IMG/VR virus record: IMGVR_UViG_3300022746_000173
Location: 1 to 59,986 of that record
Source of the DNA: a virus
Lineage: Duplodnaviria > Caudoviricetes
Reading direction: 5' to 3' (one strand)
Length of the DNA: 59,986 nucleotides
In this document: in pieces, positions 46,120-54,688 of the stretch
Position numbering within the stretch: position 1 is the first letter of the stretch
How the letters are laid out: each line of letters starts with the position of its first letter
Notes under the pieces: generated by a model
What the model was told of the DNA's origin: nothing
Seen by the model: the letters and a program-made list of their open reading frames with translations, nothing else
Databases searched by the model: none
Program-made: the position numbers and the translations under genes

Positions 46120-47061
46120 TTACAGATCTGCTCTTTTTGATATTTCGCCTAATGCTTGATGAGCTTTAATTGTCTTTAATTGACCGGGCTTTTTAATTTC
46201 CAACCAACTAATATTAGTGCTAGGTGAATAATCTGCAACTAATTCAAATCCCAAGCTATAACATAGCGGTAATAGGATGCTCTTAGGCATGTATGTTTGT
46301 GCAAAGTTCTCTGCCATACCTGCGCCAGCGGGGGTGTCGCCGTCGTTGTATGTAAATAGAAAAACTCCGCCCGGACGCATGAGTATATGCAATTGTTTTA
46401 AAAACTGATGCATAGTATCCAAGCTGACATAATTAAAGAATCCCCAACTAAACACAAACCCAAATTGGTTATGGGGCAACATGGTTATGTCGTTGTTCTT
46501 TAAAATGTATTTTCTAAGTCTAGACTGGTACGGTCCCGGAAACTGACTGTTTGTTGAATCCAAGAACTCTTGATATTGATCAACTACATACAGTGGATCA
46601 GCTGCAACCAAATATTTGGTCCACTCTCCGTCACGGCAACCGATCTCCAAACCAGGATACTTCCAGTTACTATAAAGATTTATTCGATCTTTAACTATAC
46701 TGGCAACATCGCTGGTTGGAATAAAAACTCTTCCGTACCTAACGTTATCAAACGATCCATGTCTGGTTTCTAATTCGTAGTTGTTGCTAAACAATTCCCT
46801 AGTTACTGTAGAAATTTCGTCGTCGATCAATTTAATTCGTTGGCTACACTCATTTGCAGTAGCCTGCGTTTGGGCAATAATGTTTTCGTATGCGGCTATG
46901 AGATTATCAATATAACCCGTATGATGCTCGGGTATAGAGGTTACATCTATCTTGATATCTCTTAGCTTACGACAAAGATTATTTAAATCAGTCAGAGTAT
47001 CATCGACGTTAACGGTGTTAACCAATGACTCCTTGAGTTTGACTAAGTTATATAATCCCAC
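46120..47061 (-). CDS. Class I SAM-dependent methyltransferase with N-terminal coiled coil
   Basis: LEIGCRDG, F..VFS...F.Y, MRPGG.F.FTY. Confidence 0.8.
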   Translation of the reverse strand: MGLYNLVKLKESLVNTVNVDDTLTDLNNLCRKLRDIKIDVTSIPEHHTGYIDNLIAAYENIIAQTQATANECSQRIKLIDDEISTVTRELFSNNYELETRHGSFDNVRYGRVFIPTSDVASIVKDRINLYSNWKYPGLEIGCRDGEWTKYLVAADPLYVVDQYQEFLDSTNSQFPGPYQSRLRKYILKNNDITMLPHNQFGFVFSWGFFNYVSLDTMHQFLKQLHILMRPGGVFLFTYNDGDTPAGAGMAENFAQTYMPKSILLPLCYSLGFELVADYSPSTNISWLEIKKPGQLKTIKAHQALGEISKRADL

Positions 47062-47064
47062 AAT

Positions 47065-49728
47065 TTATTCCCAACTAAACAGGCTATCAAATGTTGTCTT
47101 AATGTCAGTGCTTTCTGCAATCTTCCATTCTAGAACGCCCAGTAAGTTTTCTACTTTCTGATCTACAATAGTTGTTTCCATTAAGTCTTGGTCAAATGGC
47201 AAGTCCTTAAACCATTGTGGAATTTGACTGGCGTCTGTTGGATAACCGACACTGGTATAGCCCAATGGATTGTCTTTTAACTTACACACAATGGTCTTCA
47301 TACCATCGACAATTTGCATACTGTAGTTGTCACTGTGCATTCTGCGTAGATTGTTCCAGTTCATGGCAGCACGAACGTGTCCTGGCATGTTGGCGCGACC
47401 CATTCGCTTTTCGTCTGCTGTGTACTTGGTCAAGTTGTTTACACGCTTAGGTGTACCCTTTTCCCACGCCGGCAACTCTTTAAATGACAGTTTAAACTCA
47501 CGTACTTTGTCAATGATCGATTCTTTAGTCTTACCAGTAAGTGTGTCTAATAGAATTTCACTTAGAAAGTCTTGAACAATCTTTGGAGTATCACTACGCT
47601 TCAAGTCCAGCCCCATGGCTTTGACTTTGCCTGGCTTACCATCAACGTCGAGTCGTTTGCCTTCGAGATCGTAGATAAGAACAGCATAACGCTTCTTCTT
47701 GATAAACAAGCCCTTCTCTGCAACTAGCTCACGACCTGCTTTGATAATGCTACCCATTTCTCTTGGACAGTGACATGCACGTTCCATGAATGCGGGAAAG
47801 CTATTGTTAACGCTGTCGGCAATGGTGTCATAGAGTTGAACGCAGATATCTTTGCTCCACTCCATTGTACCTGCTTCTACTTCTTCTTTGATGGCCGGCC
47901 ACGCACTAAAGTATACGGAGTCCGTGTCCCCGTAGATAATGCTTTTGCCAGTGTAATCGTAGTTGCCCGTAATTGCCTCATTAACGTGGGAGTCCATGTG
48001 CTTGGCGATGATACGCCCAGTAAGCGTTGTACTTTGGCCAATTCTCTGGTCAAAGAACCTACACCCGGCATTAAGGATGGCGCCGTATAAGCTGTTGAGG
48101 TTAATCTTTTTAACGAGCTGACGCTTGTCCCAGAAAGCGGTTTCTTCCGGCGTTTCTGCGGTCTTCTTTTTAGCTTGGAGATCTTTTCTTTCTGCATACC
48201 ATCTTTCTAATAAGCCGGGAATAACACCCTTCATGTCGTACTTGAACAAAGTACCATTGGCACTCAAAGTCCATGGCTGATTACTGTCAAAGATCATGCG
48301 CCATACTTGCTCTGCACTGTGAGTTGTACTGCTATTGCCACCTTCCCAGTCGATTGTTATCTCAGTCCCCGGTTCCATGTTCATAACAGCGTTGTACTCT
48401 AGTGTACCAAACATACCTTCCCAAGCATCTGCAAAACTAGACCCTGCGGCTATTTTGTCTGCAATATACTTGTCGGTCATTACTGTTCGGATTTGTCCAA
48501 CGATTGTTTCTGGACCCATGTTAAGGGCACGAATAGCCGAGGGGTAGAGCGAGTTAAGGTCAATGGCTCCGATGTAGTCGTGCATGCCTTTTTTCGGGAA
48601 AGCAACATAGGCACCTGCTGCTTGCGTTTCTCCTTGATCATCTCTTCCCTTTCTATTTGGAACAATCATACCTCTTGCGTGAGCTTCGTTAATAATCGCC
48701 TGCTCCGTTACAGCTACCGCACCCATTGTGGTCTGTAACAACACAGTGTTGTCGTGTGCAAGTTCGTTAGCAAGGTCTAAGAAACGTAATTTCTTATCTA
48801 ACTTTGCCAACAGCATGGTATCTTGTCTGTTATAGTCAATGAACTTGGGAAAGTCCTTGTTATATAGCGCATCAAGTGTGCCTTCGTAGGCCACTTTACG
48901 CTCATCAAGTTCGTATTCGCCAATGGCGTCCAAACTATAACTATGTCGTTCTTCGTATGTATACTTGCGGTACAGTTGCATATAGTCCAAATGCACACGA
49001 CCCAACAAGTCAAAGGTAAGTTGCTTTGCACCAAAGCGTTCAAACTCTCGCTGCTTTGGTAATTGATTCCACAAGCATAGTCTACGTGTGTCGTCTTTGC
49101 TCAACACCTTGGTAATACGCATTGTGGTATAAGGAATATCGAAACCCTCTGAGTTCCATCCACTTAAAATGTCTGCATCCTCGATCAAGTCAAGGAATGT
49201 GTTTAACATATCCTCTTCACGTTCGAATAAGAAACAATTTTCAAACTTGTTGCAAATTTCCTGTGCACTTTCCCAACTATAACTCTTTGGTGGCACAACC
49301 AACGTGATTAATTTGTCCATCCAGTCTAGATAAACAGAGAAAGCAGTAATTGGGTTAAAAGGATCTTCAGGTCGACTGTAACCACGCTCTGGATCAAAGT
49401 CGACCTCAATGTCGAAAAATGCTGTTTGAAGTTTAGGAGAAGTTGCACCCAAGTAATTGGCTTCTAGACAACGGAAGATGGGATTGATATCACTTTCCCA
49501 TAAGCGTTTGTCTGAATTAATTCTTAGTTCTTTTTGGTATTCTTTATTATTACGTGTACTGAATCTGCTAACTGGTGTGTCATAGATAGTACGGAACTTA
49601 CCGCGGGGGTCGTCGTAATAAAAAATGTAATCTGCTGGATATTCTTTGTATACCCTTTGACCATTTACACGTTCAACAACGTGAATACGATCTTTTGCTC
49701 TGTCAAAAATTCCATCAACATAACTCAT
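47065..49728 (-). CDS. polB: Family B DNA polymerase (gp43-like)
   Basis: Exonuclease DIE, WN...FD.PY, YN..D; polymerase DLNSLYPS, K...NS.YG, YGDTDS, KKRY. Confidence 0.97.
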   Translation of the reverse strand: MSYVDGIFDRAKDRIHVVERVNGQRVYKEYPADYIFYYDDPRGKFRTIYDTPVSRFSTRNNKEYQKELRINSDKRLWESDINPIFRCLEANYLGATSPKLQTAFFDIEVDFDPERGYSRPEDPFNPITAFSVYLDWMDKLITLVVPPKSYSWESAQEICNKFENCFLFEREEDMLNTFLDLIEDADILSGWNSEGFDIPYTTMRITKVLSKDDTRRLCLWNQLPKQREFERFGAKQLTFDLLGRVHLDYMQLYRKYTYEERHSYSLDAIGEYELDERKVAYEGTLDALYNKDFPKFIDYNRQDTMLLAKLDKKLRFLDLANELAHDNTVLLQTTMGAVAVTEQAIINEAHARGMIVPNRKGRDDQGETQAAGAYVAFPKKGMHDYIGAIDLNSLYPSAIRALNMGPETIVGQIRTVMTDKYIADKIAAGSSFADAWEGMFGTLEYNAVMNMEPGTEITIDWEGGNSSTTHSAEQVWRMIFDSNQPWTLSANGTLFKYDMKGVIPGLLERWYAERKDLQAKKKTAETPEETAFWDKRQLVKKINLNSLYGAILNAGCRFFDQRIGQSTTLTGRIIAKHMDSHVNEAITGNYDYTGKSIIYGDTDSVYFSAWPAIKEEVEAGTMEWSKDICVQLYDTIADSVNNSFPAFMERACHCPREMGSIIKAGRELVAEKGLFIKKKRYAVLIYDLEGKRLDVDGKPGKVKAMGLDLKRSDTPKIVQDFLSEILLDTLTGKTKESIIDKVREFKLSFKELPAWEKGTPKRVNNLTKYTADEKRMGRANMPGHVRAAMNWNNLRRMHSDNYSMQIVDGMKTIVCKLKDNPLGYTSVGYPTDASQIPQWFKDLPFDQDLMETTIVDQKVENLLGVLEWKIAESTDIKTTFDSLFSWE

Positions 49729-49877
49729 TCAAGTTCACCTCGAATAGCTGCTACATCTTCTTGGACATGATTTGCAATGGCGCATTCTCTAATGCATCCA
49801 TTTGGGAATACGCAGTCTTCACACTGCTTACATTGTTCGATGAGATCTTCATCTTCGAAATAATTTCGATTACTCAT
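49725..49877 (-). CDS. 50-aa Cys-rich protein (absent from the ORF track)
   Basis: MSNRNYFEDEDLIEQCKQCEDCVFPNGCIRECAIANHVQEDVAAIRGELE; AGGAGA SD; ATGA overlap with the polymerase start. Confidence 0.7.
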   Translation of the reverse strand: MSNRNYFEDEDLIEQCKQCEDCVFPNGCIRECAIANHVQEDVAAIRGELE

Positions 49878-49887
49878 ATATTCTCCT

Positions 49888-49942
49888 GTATAATTTTGAG
49901 CTTATACTCACTCTACATGCCGTTTACAGTCCGGCGAGACTA
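49888..49942 (-). promoter_or_regulatory. Two tandem H-type pseudoknots in the leader of the polymerase operon
   Basis: UAGUC-UC-GCCG-GACUG-UAAA-CGGC and UGAG-UAUAA-G-CUCA-AAA-UUAUA, between TAAATA and the SD. Confidence 0.5.
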
Positions 49943-49957
49943 TTAGTATATTTACTA

Positions 49958-50248
49958 TTACTGCGTAAGCATTCTAATTAAACCGACACAGTCAATACTG
50001 ACTAGCAGGAAATAGTTAGCCAACATCCCAAAGCTCTTGCGAGTGTAAGCAGCCCATGCATACATAGCACAGCCACTAATCCAGATAGGATATAATACAA
50101 GTAAAGGGGGATTTGGAACTGTTGTAGCCATTGTGATTGAACAACCAATACTAATAGCCCAAGCGAGCAGCTCAATAGCAAAACGTACTGGATGAGTTCT
50201 ATAATCATCTCGGATCCACTGAAAGATTCCTGCTAGGATATCGTTCAT
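49958..50248 (-). CDS. Small multi-pass membrane protein
   Basis: About three hydrophobic helices; TAATG coupling. Confidence 0.7.
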   Translation of the reverse strand: MNDILAGIFQWIRDDYRTHPVRFAIELLAWAISIGCSITMATTVPNPPLLVLYPIWISGCAMYAWAAYTRKSFGMLANYFLLVSIDCVGLIRMLTQ

Positions 50249-50514
50249 TACAGTGTCTTGCCTACAGTTTCAAGGATAGTGTTTAACTCATCGTGGTCGC
50301 GATTTGTTTCACCTAACTTGGCCTTGTGTGCAATCTTGATGGCCTTCTTTAGGGTCGCTGGTTTAATTTCAAGTTCTTCTGCGATGGCTTTAATGGTATC
50401 GTTAAGACCTTCGTTGAGTGTATCAACTTCGTGTAGCACTTGCATGCCTTCGTTGATCAATTGTGTAAGTTTAATTTTGGCGTCGCCGTTAAAGCTGCGG
50501 TTATAGTCGCTCAT
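50248..50514 (-). CDS. Small dsDNA-binding protein (T4 DsbA/GapR-like)
   Basis: Helical L.....D.+KA+AEEL.+KP..L.KA+KIA; AGGAG SD. Confidence 0.6.
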   Translation of the reverse strand: MSDYNRSFNGDAKIKLTQLINEGMQVLHEVDTLNEGLNDTIKAIAEELEIKPATLKKAIKIAHKAKLGETNRDHDELNTILETVGKTL

Positions 50515-50575
50515 AAGTTCTCCTAGTTGATAGCAATATTGTATTAAAAAGTGTGGTAGAAAAGCAAGAGGAAGA

Positions 50576-50668
50576 TGCTCACTTTAAGAGTACATTCCGG
50601 GGCACGACTCCCATATACTCTAGCCCAGCAGCCGGGCAACACTAAGTAACCATAAGGTCCTAAGGTAG
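50576..50668 (-). ncRNA. Candidate structured ncRNA
   Basis: GC-rich intergenic segment with stems GCCCG/UGGGC and AGAGUAUAU/AUGUACUCU enclosing GGG/CCC. Confidence 0.4.
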
Positions 50669-51124
50669 TGTATCCTTTAAAAAGGTATCAGCAAACTGTT
50701 TGCAAAGTAGCTGTATCTTTTTGTTATTTGTTACTCTAAAATGTCTGTTAGATTGTGTGGGGTCACGGTACCCTGCATAGATGTTAGTGATACCACGTTC
50801 TTCAAGCAGGTCTTTGCAACTACTGCCAATTCTGTCATGCATGGTATTAGAGCATGGACTCAATGTGGTAACACACATACAGGTAGAATCGGCGTGTCCG
50901 TGTTTCTTTTCGTATGCATCAAGTGCAGCACGTTCGGCGTGTACATATTTGCCATTGACATTGTAACTAGTCCTGCCAATTTTGTTGCCATCCGGGCCAA
51001 TGATACAGGCTCCAACTAGTCCGTATAGATTTGGGTCTGTCGCTTGACCTTTTATTACCAATTCACATAGCTTGACCAAAATTTGATCAAGATCATCGGA
51101 ATTTTTTTGTGACAACTTGGGCAT
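50660..51124 (-). CDS. Zinc-dependent nucleoside/nucleotide deaminase (CDA/RibD-like fold)
   Basis: VGA, HAE, TTLSPC...SC, DP. Confidence 0.85.
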   Translation of the reverse strand: MPKLSQKNSDDLDQILVKLCELVIKGQATDPNLYGLVGACIIGPDGNKIGRTSYNVNGKYVHAERAALDAYEKKHGHADSTCMCVTTLSPCSNTMHDRIGSSCKDLLEERGITNIYAGYRDPTQSNRHFRVTNNKKIQLLCKQFADTFLKDTLP

Positions 51125-51127
51125 GAA

Positions 51128-51502
51128 TTACTGTTTTAATTGTTCTGGATTGTTCTGGTTAAAGTTACGCATAACTACACCGGCTTCGCTGTTGGCTTCG
51201 TTTTCTTGGGGAGTACCAGTTTCTCCTGCACCGTCTGTAAGGTCGCCGTTTAAGTCTTGACGATAGTGAACTAGTTCATGTGCAAGTGTACGCATAACAT
51301 CAACTGGATGTCTATTACCAACAACTAGATATAGTTTCTTTTCGCTTGGGCTGTATGTACCAAAGCTAGTTGTGACAGGTTGGTTTAAGTATTCTATCTC
51401 GCAAGGTTTTTCTAATCCCAGTTCTTTGCAGATCCAAGGAAGATGAGTTTTTATTAGTTCTACTGTGGAACTACTTTCTCTTAAGAAATCTTTTGCTCTC
51501 AT
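51128..51502 (-). CDS. Zincin-like metallopeptidase
   Basis: FG.Y...RTLAHELVH..Q...E.EA. Confidence 0.8.
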   Translation of the reverse strand: MRAKDFLRESSSTVELIKTHLPWICKELGLEKPCEIEYLNQPVTTSFGTYSPSEKKLYLVVGNRHPVDVMRTLAHELVHYRQDLNGDLTDGAGETGTPQENEANSEAGVVMRNFNQNNPEQLKQ

Positions 51503-51936
51503 TTTGAACTTGCACGTAGCATCCAGCTGTGCTTACGATGTGCATCCATGCGCTCTGCTAGAAAGTTACTGAATCCATGTTCGCCATGTTTCTCAGCAAT
51601 ATCGTAAGTCATCTTTAATATAGTTACCATCTTGTTGCTGTCATCAAGTAATTCTAGAATCATTTGCTCATATGGTAATACTTGAGTTTCGTCTTCGATC
51701 TGACTTAACATACTAAAGCGACTGTTACTACCCGGGGCATATGCGCCCAATGAACGGATCTTTTCCGCAAAATCGTCGATGCTGCTGTAAGTTTCTTCGT
51801 AGATCTTACCAAACAATTCATGCAACTGCGAAAAGTTAATGCATTCAACGTTCCAATGAAAGAATTGTGCTTTTAGATAAAATGTAAATTCGCTAGCAAA
51901 GGCTACCTTTGCTGCGTTGTGTAATTCTTCATTCAT
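51499..51936 (-). CDS. dps: Dps/ferritin-like DNA-protection protein
   Basis: K....HWNV...NF..LH.LF...Y, D..AE.+R.LG, H.K..WML. Confidence 0.93.
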   Translation of the reverse strand: MNEELHNAAKVAFASEFTFYLKAQFFHWNVECINFSQLHELFGKIYEETYSSIDDFAEKIRSLGAYAPGSNSRFSMLSQIEDETQVLPYEQMILELLDDSNKMVTILKMTYDIAEKHGEHGFSNFLAERMDAHRKHSWMLRASSK

Positions 51937-54658
51937 TGCCGTGCTTCTCTAAGTATGCTTTTAACAAGCTTCTTGCAGTATCTCTGCTCATATTGGCTTT
52001 AATGGTTGCACCGTTTGGAGCAATCAATTCCCATTCAGTGACAGAATTGCCATCTGCCAATTGACGTTTAACTGGTCTAATAAATGCTTTGCGTGGCTTG
52101 GTTTCGCCAATCATCATGTCGCCTACTGCTGCACCACCATCTGCACCGTGCCATGCATCTTTTGGTTCATTGCCGCCACCGTGCCAGCTATCACCGACTT
52201 CGTCGCTATGCCAATCATCTTCGCAAATACAGCGATTGTCTTCACGGTTACATGTTGGGCAGTAGTCTAATGCTCTTGCCGTTTTTTTAGGGGCAGCAGA
52301 TTTTTTAGCTGCTGGTTTAATTTTGCTAGTAAACATTCCCTTATTTTCGGCATCCCAATCGCCTTTAGTTTTACCATATTGACCTCGGAATTGTTGCGGA
52401 GTCATGTCATCACGTTCGCCCTTTTGGATAGCAAAGTCTTTAACACGGCCTTCTTCTAAGTCGTCTTCGTCATCAAAATAATCTGAGTCATCGCCTAGAT
52501 CGAAATGACGTTGTGCATATTCCATTGCTTGGTCTTCTGCGTAGAAAGGACCTTTAACTTGGCTGCGACGATAGTCATTGCGAATATGCTGCATGACATC
52601 ATCTGGGGTCAAGTAGCTCATATAGTTGCCACCCCAATTACCAGGAGCATCGCCAGCAACAGCACTTTCTCTCCAACGTCCGCCATCCTTAGTAACCATG
52701 CCCACAAATGCGCCATCATGTTCGCTTGCAATGACTACAAAGAAGCCGCCTTCGGCTACGCCATCATCGTCACCTAGGTCGCCGTATTCGTTCTCTTCCG
52801 CCACACCTTGTTGTTTTGATGTATCTGTATATCCATCGTTATATCCTTGATGTGATGCTTTGTACGATGGACTATCGCCCCACGGAGCTTGTTTTGGCTT
52901 ACCTTGTTTAGCATCGTTCTTACCAAGTCTGAATGCCTTTTGATATTGGCCATTTTGTCCCATGTTTTCTGCCACACCTTGAGTGGAACTGTCAACCCAG
53001 CCATCATTTCCGCGCCAATGAGCTATTAGTTTACCGCATAGCTTTACATAGTTTTGACCATCATCGTCTGTTTCTAACTGACTTGCGGCTCTTTTCCATT
53101 CTTGATAATCGTTGAACTGTTGACGGTCAGTCATACCTTCCGCCACAACTTCTTCGCCCACGTGCTTGAAGTACTGGACTTGACGCTCACGCTTTTCGGC
53201 GCCAGCCTTTGTAGGATACTTACCTAAGTTCTTGTTACCATGCTTGCTTTTAAGCTCGTAACCGCCCGACACTTTAACAATGTGTTCTCTAAGGTGTTTT
53301 GCATCTAGTTCATCTAAGAATTCTTTATACAACTCAGGAATTTGACGCATACTAAATCTAAAAAATGGATCACGTAATAACAAGTCTTGTAAATGACTAG
53401 CATCAATGATTCGAGAAATAGCAGGATCAGCAGCAACTTCTTTAATTGCTTTTCCTGCTTCACTTTCTTCAGACAACTTCTTTAATGTAGCGTCAGTATT
53501 AAAATATACTTCTAGTTTACTTTCATTACGCTCACTGCCGAGATTCTGAACTATTTTGCTCCATACCCCGTCCTTAACTGACAATGCTTGGACGGCCAAG
53601 TCAATATAGCTTTCTATTAGAGGCATGAGTTTGGCTTGTGTATTTTCATCAATGGTAATACCATATTCGCTTAGGTTATATTTAAATCCAAATACAGCAA
53701 TGCGATTCTTGTATTCACCGATTAAATTTGCCAATTGCGTTGAAGCTTCACGACTGTAACCGCGTACTGCTGCTTTGTATTCGTCGGTCATTAGTCCCAA
53801 TAGGTTATACTTGATTGCTTGCGACTTAAACACTGTTTGCAATGCAGGGAAACGTTTGGCCAATTGGTCCATGCCCTCGTCACCAATTTGGTGATCTTGG
53901 TAATCCATAAACTGTTTGGTTTCAAAGTGGAATTGATACTTTTCGTTATCGTCTGTGCGTTGTGCAGGAATAATAATGAATAGTGGGCCTTGTTTGGCAT
54001 AGTAATCAAAGCGACTGTTATCGCCTTCCCACGCAGTACACCAACGGTTAGTAACACCCTTCTTTGGGTATTCTTTTGCCCACCAGTAACCACCAAATTT
54101 AGTCAATGGTTGAATGATCAAGCAGTCAGTTGTAATACGACCTTGCTCATCCATTCTTCCGTAAACGTAACGCCAGTCGCGGTCGGGTGGTAATTGCACA
54201 GCACCGATTTTTTGTTGCTCAATTTCGCTGTCTGGATCGGGTAGTTGCTCGACTACGCTCATGAACTCATCCAAGCTCTTGTAACGCATAAAGTCGTTTT
54301 GCGGAGCAGGAATCTTCTTTTTGTTTTTTAGCTTGTCAAATTTGATTAGATACTGACTTAGTGTAGACTCAATATCTTCTAGCATTGTGCCACCCAAGGT
54401 GTACATTCTAGTGATAGCTTGTGCGTAGTTTTTGTTCTTTGTTGGGTCTGATTGCTCAATAACACCCATAACGTAGTCTAGAATTAACTGTTGCCCTTCT
54501 GGGGTATCTGCACCAGCTTTAATTGCACCATTTGGGAATCGCCCAATAAGTGCGTGTATAACTGAACGATCTTTTAAAGCTACAGCTAAAATCTTTTCAG
54601 CGTAGTTCTTAAGTGTTTGTCCACGGTCGTATTCTAATAAAATGTCGTTAAATCTCAT
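51929..54658 (-). CDS. Large modular protein, probable internal head (ejected) polyprotein
   Basis: N-terminal MRFNDILLE; WCTA domain; several small domains separated by (Q/D)GVAE and LxE linkers; TATAAATA upstream. Confidence 0.7.
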   Translation of the reverse strand: MRFNDILLEYDRGQTLKNYAEKILAVALKDRSVIHALIGRFPNGAIKAGADTPEGQQLILDYVMGVIEQSDPTKNKNYAQAITRMYTLGGTMLEDIESTLSQYLIKFDKLKNKKKIPAPQNDFMRYKSLDEFMSVVEQLPDPDSEIEQQKIGAVQLPPDRDWRYVYGRMDEQGRITTDCLIIQPLTKFGGYWWAKEYPKKGVTNRWCTAWEGDNSRFDYYAKQGPLFIIIPAQRTDDNEKYQFHFETKQFMDYQDHQIGDEGMDQLAKRFPALQTVFKSQAIKYNLLGLMTDEYKAAVRGYSREASTQLANLIGEYKNRIAVFGFKYNLSEYGITIDENTQAKLMPLIESYIDLAVQALSVKDGVWSKIVQNLGSERNESKLEVYFNTDATLKKLSEESEAGKAIKEVAADPAISRIIDASHLQDLLLRDPFFRFSMRQIPELYKEFLDELDAKHLREHIVKVSGGYELKSKHGNKNLGKYPTKAGAEKRERQVQYFKHVGEEVVAEGMTDRQQFNDYQEWKRAASQLETDDDGQNYVKLCGKLIAHWRGNDGWVDSSTQGVAENMGQNGQYQKAFRLGKNDAKQGKPKQAPWGDSPSYKASHQGYNDGYTDTSKQQGVAEENEYGDLGDDDGVAEGGFFVVIASEHDGAFVGMVTKDGGRWRESAVAGDAPGNWGGNYMSYLTPDDVMQHIRNDYRRSQVKGPFYAEDQAMEYAQRHFDLGDDSDYFDDEDDLEEGRVKDFAIQKGERDDMTPQQFRGQYGKTKGDWDAENKGMFTSKIKPAAKKSAAPKKTARALDYCPTCNREDNRCICEDDWHSDEVGDSWHGGGNEPKDAWHGADGGAAVGDMMIGETKPRKAFIRPVKRQLADGNSVTEWELIAPNGATIKANMSRDTARSLLKAYLEKHGNE

Positions 54659-54676
54659 GTCTAATCCTCTTATGAG

Positions 54677-54684
54677 TATTTATA
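54677..54684 (-). promoter_or_regulatory. T4-type late promoter TATAAATA
   Basis: Exact TATAAATA about 20 nt upstream of the ATG at 54658, followed by a GAGG SD. Confidence 0.65.
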
Positions 54685-54688
54685 CGAG

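Noticed and set aside
47065-49728. Possible intein or split in the DNA polymerase
   Set aside because: 887 aa with normal motif spacing; no intein terminal motifs seen
50595-50650. HDV-like ribozyme or tRNA (GCCGGGCAACA on the plus strand)
   Set aside because: Could not build the nested double pseudoknot or a cloverleaf by eye; kept only as an unclassified structured RNA
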